Shown here in pieces: positions 56,592 to 64,000 of a stretch of DNA of 64,000 bases. Each line of letters opens with the position of its first letter. The stretch's first letter is position 1. This DNA is from Clostridia bacterium (GTDB taxonomy: Bacteria > Bacillota > Clostridia > CAKSNL01 > HGM11501): the NCBI GenBank assembly GCA_045545475.1, contig JAZQAZ010000008.1:96001-160000 (forward strand). The letters are read 5' to 3'. Both the position numbers and the translations under genes were made by a program. A model generated the notes under the pieces. The model was not told the DNA's origin. It ran no database searches and worked only from the letters and a program-made list of their open reading frames with translations.

Positions 56592-59177
56592 ATGAAGACA
56601 TTTAACGAAAAATTCAATGCAGTATTAAAAAATGAGCCCGACAATTATCTTCTTCCGTTTCTTTGGGTTCATAACGAAGATGATGAACTCTTAAAAAGAG
56701 AGATTCAGAAGATTTATGAGTCCGGGATAAGGGCTGTCTGCGTGGAATCCAGAACCCACGAAGAATTCGGCAAGGATGACTGGTGGAGCGATATGCAGCT
56801 TATCTTCGATGAGTGCGAAAAATTAGGTATGGAAGTATGGCTTCTTGACGACAAACATTTCCCGACAGGATTTGCTGTGGATCAGGCATCCGCTCCCGAA
56901 AATGCCCATCTTGTAAAAAGAAGATTTACAGAACTTCACACCGATGTTGTCGGCCCGTGTAAAAACCACAATCTTATTATCGATACCAAGCTTCCGGAAA
57001 ATCCTGATATTGTAAAAATAGTTGCATACAAAAGAAACAGTATAGAATTTGAATATTCGGCAGAATTCATTGATCTTACAGATAAGTATGAAGACGGACT
57101 TATAAAAAATATGGATCTTTCGGAGGGTATCTGGTCTGTATTTACGTTATATACATATCCCGTGCCTGAAGAAAGACATATTGATACATTAAACCCAGAG
57201 GCTTGCGATATTTTGGTTAATGCGGTTTATGAGCCGATGTACGAACATTTTTCAAAGTATTTCGGAAATATATTTAAGGGATTCTTCTCGGATGAACCTT
57301 ATATAGCACGTTGTACATTACCGACAGAAGGTGAAACGAGTTTTAACGGTGCACTTCCTTGTAATCACCTTGTTTTTGAACGATTGATAGAAAGATTCGG
57401 TGACGATGCACTTTGCAAACTTCCTTCTCTTCTTTATAATGTAGAAGGCGTTTCACCCGAATTCAGAGTTGCCTATATGGATATTGTATCAACTCTTTAT
57501 GCGGAAAGCTTCTGTCAAAAGCTTGGTGACTGGTCGAGAGCACATGGTGTTGAATATATCGGTCACGTTATAGAAGATAACAGCCGTGATACAAAATTCG
57601 CATCAGGAGCTCACTTTTTCCGTTCCATGGACGGACAGGATATGGGCGGTATTGACGTTGTGTTAAACGAAATACTTCCAGGTTTTCAGGATTGCAAGGC
57701 TACCATCTGCCATGGTATTCAGTATGCTGACCACGAGTTTTTCCATTATGAACTTGCGAAGCTTGCATCCAGTCACAGTCACATCCAGAAAGATGTTAAA
57801 AAGGGAAGAGCGATGTGTGAAATGTATGGTGCATTCGGTTGGGCAGAAGGTCTTAAGATGATGAAATGGCTTTCCGACCATATGCTTGTCCGCGGAATCA
57901 ACTATTTTGTTCCTCATGCTTTTTCGGGAATAAGCCCCGACCTTGACTGTCCTCCTCATTTTTACGAGGGCGGAACATATTCTCAGTTCAAGGACTTTAA
58001 GTCTTTGATGGAATATTCCAACCGTGTAAGTACTCTTCTTACAGACGGCGACCATAAGTGCAAGGTAGCTCTTTATTACAGAGCAGAAGGCGAATGGTCC
58101 GGCGGAAGAAACGGACATGAAAAGAAATATGCTAAAATTCTTACGGATAATCAGATTGACTTTGACATTATTCCTCTTGATTACCTTATTAATGCTACAG
58201 TTGATGACGGAAATATCGTTCTCTGCGACGAAAAATATCCTTGCCTAGTAGTTCCTAACAGCGAATATCTTCCTATAAAAGCATTAAGACGCTTTACAGA
58301 GCTTGCCGATGCAGGTGTTAAGGTAATTTTTGCAGGTGGTTATATAGATAAAAGCTGTGAAGGGGAGAGTGTATCTTTCTTAAATGGCGAAAACCTTATT
58401 GAGGTAGCACCCGAAAAATTAGTTTCATATTTAAGAAGTGAAGGTCTTTATGATATTTCGCTTTCAAAACCCCATCAGAATTTAAGATACTATCGCTACA
58501 TAAACGGTAATAACGAAATTTATATGTTTGTTAACGAAGATATCTTAAAATCCTGCGAAACAGTTGTTTATCCCGAAGGATTCAGCGGCGGAACATATAT
58601 TGAATACGACGCAATGAATAATGTTGCTGTGAAGAAAGTAACAAATGACGGAATCAAGCTTAATCTCGATCCCTACAATTCAGTATTTATAATTTTAGGT
58701 GATGTGGATGCCGACATTCCTGCGTTTGAAGAGCTTACCGAGGCAAAGAGATCTCTTGTTCCCGAAAGCTATGACGTATCTTTGGCAGAAGGAAGCGAAG
58801 ATTATACATTCACTCCTTTTAAAAAGGATTTTGTACTCTGCAATATCAATGCACTTCCCGGAATGGACCGCTTTGCAGGACATATAAAATACGAGACTAA
58901 AGTTAATGTTGATGCAAGCGGATATAAAAAACTTTATCTCGAAATCGAAAATGCCGGTGAGACAGTTAATGTGGCTGTAAACGGAAAGAAAGCTTTGGGA
59001 AGAATAGTTCCTCCTTACAAGTTCGATATTACAGACCTTGTAAAAGCAGGGGAGAACGAACTTGAAATTATCGTAACAACTCATATGGGATTCCGTGAAA
59101 GAGATAAATTTTCAAGATACATGGTAATGGAGCCCACCGGTATGTCGGGAAAAGTTGAGCTTGTAGAATACAAATAA
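56592..59177 (+). CDS. GH106-like (alpha-L-rhamnosidase-related) glycoside hydrolase with GH2-type C-terminal domain
   Basis: PFLW, WLLDDKHFPTG, GFFSDEP, GHVIED, CEMYGAFGW, RGINYFVPHA. Confidence 0.7.
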   Translation: MKTFNEKFNAVLKNEPDNYLLPFLWVHNEDDELLKREIQKIYESGIRAVCVESRTHEEFGKDDWWSDMQLIFDECEKLGMEVWLLDDKHFPTGFAVDQASAPENAHLVKRRFTELHTDVVGPCKNHNLIIDTKLPENPDIVKIVAYKRNSIEFEYSAEFIDLTDKYEDGLIKNMDLSEGIWSVFTLYTYPVPEERHIDTLNPEACDILVNAVYEPMYEHFSKYFGNIFKGFFSDEPYIARCTLPTEGETSFNGALPCNHLVFERLIERFGDDALCKLPSLLYNVEGVSPEFRVAYMDIVSTLYAESFCQKLGDWSRAHGVEYIGHVIEDNSRDTKFASGAHFFRSMDGQDMGGIDVVLNEILPGFQDCKATICHGIQYADHEFFHYELAKLASSHSHIQKDVKKGRAMCEMYGAFGWAEGLKMMKWLSDHMLVRGINYFVPHAFSGISPDLDCPPHFYEGGTYSQFKDFKSLMEYSNRVSTLLTDGDHKCKVALYYRAEGEWSGGRNGHEKKYAKILTDNQIDFDIIPLDYLINATVDDGNIVLCDEKYPCLVVPNSEYLPIKALRRFTELADAGVKVIFAGGYIDKSCEGESVSFLNGENLIEVAPEKLVSYLRSEGLYDISLSKPHQNLRYYRYINGNNEIYMFVNEDILKSCETVVYPEGFSGGTYIEYDAMNNVAVKKVTNDGIKLNLDPYNSVFIILGDVDADIPAFEELTEAKRSLVPESYDVSLAEGSEDYTFTPFKKDFVLCNINALPGMDRFAGHIKYETKVNVDASGYKKLYLEIENAGETVNVAVNGKKALGRIVPPYKFDITDLVKAGENELEIIVTTHMGFRERDKFSRYMVMEPTGMSGKVELVEYK

Positions 59178-59181
59178 TTAT

Positions 59182-59205
59182 AAGGGCGGGCATTGCCCGC
59201 CCTTT
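59182..59205 (+). terminator. Probable terminator hairpin (REP-like sequence)
   Basis: AAGGGCGGGCA-T-TGCCCGCCCTTT. Confidence 0.75.
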
Positions 59206-59302
59206 ACTAAATAGCAATATTTTTATATTTTTAAGCAAGATAGTTTATTTACAAAAAGATATATTTGGTATAAACTGAAGAAAAATAAAAGGAGATGTAA
59301 AT

Positions 59303-60157
59303 ATGTATAAATTTCCCATCGGCGTAATGGTTGAATCCTTCCGCCTTCCCACAAAAGATGCTATAAAGAGAGCTGCTGCAATCGGTGCGAACGGTCTTCA
59401 GATGTATGCAACTCACGGAGAAAACTCTCCCGAAAATTTAAAAGGAGATAAGGTAAAAGAGCTTCTCGCCTTCGTAAAGGATAACGGTCTTTGCTTCTCA
59501 GCACTTTGCGGTGACCTTGGAAGAGGCTTTGGTAATGCAGAGCTTAATCCCGGTTTAATTGAACAGTCTAAGAAAATTCTTTATCTCGCAAAGGAGCTTG
59601 AAACAGACATCGTTACAACCCACATTGGCGTTGTTCCTTCGGATAAGAATCACGAAAGATATAAAATTATGCAGGAGGCTTGCCATACTCTTGCAGAATT
59701 CGCTGACAGTCTGGATGCTCATTTCGCTATAGAGACCGGCCCTGAAACAAGCGCCGTATTAAAAGAATTTCTCGATTCACTCGGCTCAAAGGGCGTTGCA
59801 GTAAACTTAGACCCCGCAAACCTCGTAATGGTAACAGGCGACAATCCTGTAACGGCGGTTCATAACTTAAAAGATTATATCGTACACACCCACGCAAAAG
59901 ACGGAAATAAGCTTTGCGATAAGAATCCTGAATATGTTTACGGAATAATCAAGGCTCCCGAAGATGTTAAAAACGTACAGAGCTTTGAAGAAGTACCCTT
60001 AGGAACAGGCAGCGTTCCTTTCCCTGAATACTTAAAGGCACTTGAGGAAATAGGATACAAGGGCTTTTTGACAATTGAAAGGGAATGCGGAGCAGATCCT
60101 GAAAGAGATATTGTTACTGCGTATAATTTCTTAAATAAAGTAATCAGCGAAAATTAA
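59303..60157 (+). CDS. Sugar phosphate isomerase/epimerase (AP endonuclease 2 TIM barrel)
   Basis: AIETGPE, NLDPAN, HTHAKD, LTIERE. Confidence 0.88.
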   Translation: MYKFPIGVMVESFRLPTKDAIKRAAAIGANGLQMYATHGENSPENLKGDKVKELLAFVKDNGLCFSALCGDLGRGFGNAELNPGLIEQSKKILYLAKELETDIVTTHIGVVPSDKNHERYKIMQEACHTLAEFADSLDAHFAIETGPETSAVLKEFLDSLGSKGVAVNLDPANLVMVTGDNPVTAVHNLKDYIVHTHAKDGNKLCDKNPEYVYGIIKAPEDVKNVQSFEEVPLGTGSVPFPEYLKALEEIGYKGFLTIERECGADPERDIVTAYNFLNKVISEN

Positions 60158-60177
60158 TTCCGAAAGAGGTTGATTTT

Positions 60178-61248
60178 ATGAAAAAGTTAAGAATTGGTAT
60201 GGTTGGCGCAGGAAACATTGCGAAAGCGCATCTTGATTCTTATATGAGTAATCCGAATGTTGAAATTACGGCAATATGTGACTTTAACGAAGCTACACTT
60301 AAAGCAACTGCTGATAAATATAAGATAGAAAAAGCATTTCTTTCCGAAAAAGAAATGCTTGAAAATGTAGAGCTTGATGCTGTTGACGTTTGCGTATGGA
60401 ACTGTTCGCATGCCGAATGTTCGATAATGGCGTTAAACAAAGGGCTTGATGTACTTTGCGAAAAGCCTATGGCTATGAATGCCAAAGAAGCAGAAGAAAT
60501 GCTTGAAGCCGCAAAGAAAAACGAAAAACTTCTTATGCTTGGGTTTGTTACAAGATTTTCAAACGAAGCAAAAGTTACGAAGGACTTTATTGAAAAGGGA
60601 TACCTTGGAGATATCTATATGGCAAAGGCTACATATGTAAGAAGGAACGGAAATCCTTCGGGATGGTTTTCGGATAAATCCCGTTCAGGTGGTGGTCCCG
60701 TAATTGATATCGGAGTGCATCCTCTTGATTTAACACGATACCTTATGGGAAATCCTAAGCCTGTTTCGGTTTACGCAGCAACTTATGATTTGCTTCATGA
60801 AAGCCGTGCAAAGCTTCGTACGAAGGCTGCATGGATGCCTGCAGGAGCTGATCCGGAAACAGATGTTTGCGATGTTGAAGACAGTGCAATTGCTATTATT
60901 CGTTATGATAACGGAGCAACAACCTTGCTCGAGGCAAGCTATGCAATAAACGGAAGTCCTAAGGGAGAAAGAAATATCTACGGAACCAAAGGCGGAATTG
61001 ACCTGCAAGACGGAAAACTCACTTTACACACTGATGTAAACGGATTTATGTCTGACAGCCAGCTTTTGGATCTTGACCAGATGAAAGAATCTAAAGGCAT
61101 GTTTAAAGCAGAAATGGACCACTTTGTTGATTGCTGCTTAAACAAAACAAAATGTATGTCACCGGCAGAAGACGGCGTTGAAGTAATGAAAATACTTGAT
61201 GCTATTTACGAATCCGCAAGAACAGGACATGAGGTGATTATAAAATGA
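60178..61248 (+). CDS. Gfo/Idh/MocA oxidoreductase
   Basis: GMVGAGNIA, CEKP, GGGPVIDIGVH. Confidence 0.92.
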   Translation: MKKLRIGMVGAGNIAKAHLDSYMSNPNVEITAICDFNEATLKATADKYKIEKAFLSEKEMLENVELDAVDVCVWNCSHAECSIMALNKGLDVLCEKPMAMNAKEAEEMLEAAKKNEKLLMLGFVTRFSNEAKVTKDFIEKGYLGDIYMAKATYVRRNGNPSGWFSDKSRSGGGPVIDIGVHPLDLTRYLMGNPKPVSVYAATYDLLHESRAKLRTKAAWMPAGADPETDVCDVEDSAIAIIRYDNGATTLLEASYAINGSPKGERNIYGTKGGIDLQDGKLTLHTDVNGFMSDSQLLDLDQMKESKGMFKAEMDHFVDCCLNKTKCMSPAEDGVEVMKILDAIYESARTGHEVIIK

Positions 61249-62120
61249 AAATTTCAGTAAGCTCATATTCCTACAGCAGGTATTTAACACAAGGGCATAC
61301 AATTCTTGATGTTGTTGATAAAGCTCACGAAATGGGCTTTTCCGCAATGGAATTTATTGATATTCCGGGGGATGATTTTCCTGCCAGAAAGGAAAAAGCA
61401 AAAGAGGTAAAAGAAAGACTTGATTCCTACGGAATGGAAGTAACCGCATATACGATCGGTGCAGATATGTATAAAACCGGAGATGATTTCAAGAATCAGT
61501 TCGATACACTTAAGCATCAGCTTGATATTGCAGCAATTCTTAACGCTCCTTTAATGAGACATGATGCAACTTATCAGAAGCCTGTTATCGGAAACGGTCT
61601 TATGAGTTTTGATAAAATGCTTCCCGTAATGGCTGAAAATACCAGAGTAGTAACAGAATATGCAAAGACTTTGGGAATCAAAACCTGCGTTGAAAATCAC
61701 GGCTATGTTGTCCAGGATGCTGAGCGATTAGAGCGCTATTTCAACGCCGTAAATCACGAAAATTTCGGTCTTTTGGTTGATATGGGAAATTTCCTTTGTG
61801 CCGACTCTGACCCGATTTTATCGGTTTCCCGTCTTGCACCTTATGCAATTCACGTTCATGCCAAGGATATGATTTTCTACTCCGGTGAAGGTCACAATCC
61901 CGGTGGAGGGTGTTTTTCCACAAGAGGAGGAAACTGGCTCAGAGGTACAGTAATCGGGCAGGGAAGCGTTCCTGTTAAGCAGTGCCTCCGTGTGCTCCGC
62001 TTCGCAGGGTACACAGGCAATCTGGGGATTGAATTTGAAGGATGCGAAGACCCGATAGAATCAATAGACAGAGGACATACTAACTTAAAGAAGTATCTTA
62101 AGCAGCTTGACAATGAATAA
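61245..62120 (+). CDS. Sugar phosphate isomerase/epimerase (AP endonuclease 2 TIM barrel)
   Basis: VENHG, DMGNF, HVHAKD, IEFEG; ATGA overlap with the upstream gene. Confidence 0.88.
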   Translation: MKISVSSYSYSRYLTQGHTILDVVDKAHEMGFSAMEFIDIPGDDFPARKEKAKEVKERLDSYGMEVTAYTIGADMYKTGDDFKNQFDTLKHQLDIAAILNAPLMRHDATYQKPVIGNGLMSFDKMLPVMAENTRVVTEYAKTLGIKTCVENHGYVVQDAERLERYFNAVNHENFGLLVDMGNFLCADSDPILSVSRLAPYAIHVHAKDMIFYSGEGHNPGGGCFSTRGGNWLRGTVIGQGSVPVKQCLRVLRFAGYTGNLGIEFEGCEDPIESIDRGHTNLKKYLKQLDNE

Positions 62121-62155
62121 AAAATAATCGCAGGCAACGCCTGCGATTATTTTTT
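62119..62155. terminator. Bidirectional terminator
   Basis: AAAAAATAATCGCAGGC-AAC-GCCTGCGATTATTTTTT. Confidence 0.9.
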
Positions 62156-63019
62156 ATTTGTATTTCTGTATTCTCCGGGAGTTTTTCCGGTTAATTTTTT
62201 AAATGATTTTATAAAATGAGGGATATCAGTAAAACCAACATTTGTTACAATTGTATTTATCGGAAGATTTGTTGTGTGAAGAAGATCCATTGCAAGATTC
62301 ATCCTGTATCTGACCAGAAAGTTGTGAAGCGTATCTCCTGTGTTTTCTTTGAAAATTCTGTTAAGATACGAAGGGTTGAAATGAAAATATTCACCGATGG
62401 TTTCGTTTGTCAAATCAAGGTGATAATTATTTTCTATATACTGAATAACCTTTCTCACTGTTTCGTAATTCTTTTTCTTTTCAGATGTTTCCGTAAGTTC
62501 TGCAGTTTTCGCAAGAGTGATAAGAATAAACTTAAGGCATGAGGAAAGGTATTCCTGTGAATAGTTGTTTTTAAGGTAATACTCAGATGCCAGAAGTCTT
62601 AAATTAGCTTCCACTGAAGTGGCGTTTTTGATATAAACAGGTGTGTTTAATATTTTCGCATCCTCAAAGTTGATTATTTCAAGAATGTCTTCTTCAGAAA
62701 AGTTTTCCGAATGAACAGGGTGGAAAGAAGCAGTATGACTCGAAAAATTCATTGTGTAATCGAAGTTCACAAAAAGAGCACTCACACCTTTTTCATCAAG
62801 CTGCCAGACATATCTTGTACCCGATTTAAAAAGAATGGCACAACCCTGATGCAAGGGGTAAACCGTATCTTCAATTTTTATACTTCCGTTTCCGTTTAAG
62901 ATGTAAAACAATCTGCAATCAGAAGTGCGCAGTTCTTTATAAACATCGTTTTTTACGCGGGAACTTAAATTCGATATTATAACCTGTCGTGTGAAAGGCT
63001 CTATGTTACCTATAAGCAT
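62147..63019 (-). CDS. AraC-family regulator
   Basis: N-terminal cupin; VGFTDIPHFIKSFKKLTGKTPGEYR; RBS AAAGGAGG. Confidence 0.9.
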   Translation of the reverse strand: MLIGNIEPFTRQVIISNLSSRVKNDVYKELRTSDCRLFYILNGNGSIKIEDTVYPLHQGCAILFKSGTRYVWQLDEKGVSALFVNFDYTMNFSSHTASFHPVHSENFSEEDILEIINFEDAKILNTPVYIKNATSVEANLRLLASEYYLKNNYSQEYLSSCLKFILITLAKTAELTETSEKKKNYETVRKVIQYIENNYHLDLTNETIGEYFHFNPSYLNRIFKENTGDTLHNFLVRYRMNLAMDLLHTTNLPINTIVTNVGFTDIPHFIKSFKKLTGKTPGEYRNTNKK

Positions 63020-63210
63020 CGGAAAACCTCCTTTGTTAAAACATTCTATCACATTAAAGACAATTATGCAATAGTGTATTTTGTTGTTCTTAAAGGGTTT
63101 TTGAAAAGATAAAAGTACAAAAAACACAATTTGATGTGTGTTTTAGACATTTACTTATTTTTTATATGATAGTATTATGATAGTGAAGAAAAAGTGACAG
63201 AGGGGATAGT

Positions 63211-64000
63211 ATGAAAGGAATAATAACCAACATCCAGCGTTTCTCGCTTACTGACGGCGACGGTATACGTACCACAGTGTTTTTTAAAGGTTGTAACTTA
63301 AATTGTACGTGGTGCCATAATCCGGAAACTATAAATAGAGGAAGCGAACTTCTGTTTTACGAAAACAAATGCATCGGCTGCGGAAAATGCTTTGAAAGCT
63401 GCCCTGAGAAAGCACATATTACGGTTGACGGCAAGCATAAAATTGACCGTACTAAATGCATCGGTTGCGGAAAATGTGCTGATACTTGCTACGCCGAAGC
63501 TCTTATGATGTGCGGAAAGAATATGTCTGTTTCCGATATTTTGAAAGAAGTTAAACAAGATAAGGCGTATTACGATGCATCCTGTGGTGGTGTTACATTA
63601 TCCGGTGGAGAAGTTTTGTGCCAAAAGGATTTTGCCATGGAACTTATTGATGCATGCCATAAAGAAGACATTAAAGTAGCAGTTGAGACAAATATTTGTT
63701 TTTCCTTTGATTATGCAAAAGAGTTCCTTTTAAAGTGTGACCTTATAATGTGTGATCTTAAAATATGGGACGAAGAAGATCACGTAAAATATACCGGTGC
63801 GTTAAATTCTAAAATTATAGAAAACATCAGAAAACTTGACGAAATGAATATTCCGTTTATAGTAAGAACTCCGCTTATTCCGGGTGCAACAGACAGTGAT
63901 GAAAACATAAGGACAATTGCATCATTCCTTAAGGGTCATAAAAACTTAAAAAGATACGAAATTCTTAACTACAATCCTCTGGGAGAAGGAAAGTATAAAG
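63211..64000 (+). CDS. Glycyl-radical enzyme activating protein (runs off window)
   Basis: Hand translation MKGIITNIQRFSLTDGDGIRTTVFFKGCNLNCTWCHNPE, ferredoxin insert CIGCGKCFESC / CIGCGKCADTC, GGVTLSGGE. Confidence 0.92.
   Translation, partial: MKGIITNIQRFSLTDGDGIRTTVFFKGCNLNCTWCHNPETINRGSELLFYENKCIGCGKCFESCPEKAHITVDGKHKIDRTKCIGCGKCADTCYAEALMMCGKNMSVSDILKEVKQDKAYYDASCGGVTLSGGEVLCQKDFAMELIDACHKEDIKVAVETNICFSFDYAKEFLLKCDLIMCDLKIWDEEDHVKYTGALNSKIIENIRKLDEMNIPFIVRTPLIPGATDSDENIRTIASFLKGHKNLKRYEILNYNPLGEGKYK

Noticed and set aside
7940-59084. Antisense and off-frame ORFs of 60-200 aa (for example 7940-8482, 11696-12250, 20392-20982, 45712-46299)
   Set aside because: They lie over well-supported genes, lack recognisable motifs and show the composition of shadow ORFs
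1-64000. tRNA, rRNA, riboswitch, CRISPR array, prophage
   Set aside because: Intergenic gaps are short and mostly explained by promoters and terminators; none was recognised by eye, and an Infernal/Rfam scan would be needed to exclude small RNAs

Overview
Chromosomal segment of a low-GC Clostridia-type Firmicute with many carbohydrate enzymes. The core blocks are yybS-rplI-dnaB-tilS-hpt-ftsH-smc-ftsY, recJ-apt-relA-MBL-hemZ, ppi-gap, a yhaO/yhaN-like pair and serS. They are interleaved with single glycoside hydrolases and four AraC regulators. The most unusual part is 2.6-11.5 kb. A radical SAM/DUF4130 (TIGR03916/TIGR03915-type) operon with a LexA box is followed by an interlocked repeat structure A-X-B-A'-Y-B'. 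A is the 3' end of the DUF4130 gene, B is the 5' end of a secreted GH99-like gene, and X and Y are two alternative cargoes. Cargo X encodes a TerY-like vWA protein, a doubly frameshifted radical SAM activase with a Cys-rich tail, and two genes that share a near-identical 197-bp leader and an unnamed N-terminal helical domain but end in different repeats (SEL1 vs BspA-type LRR). Cargo Y is a GH20 hexosaminidase. serS carries an in-frame TAA. No rRNA, tRNA, CRISPR array, integrase or transposase was seen. All family calls come from motif recognition by eye, not database searches.
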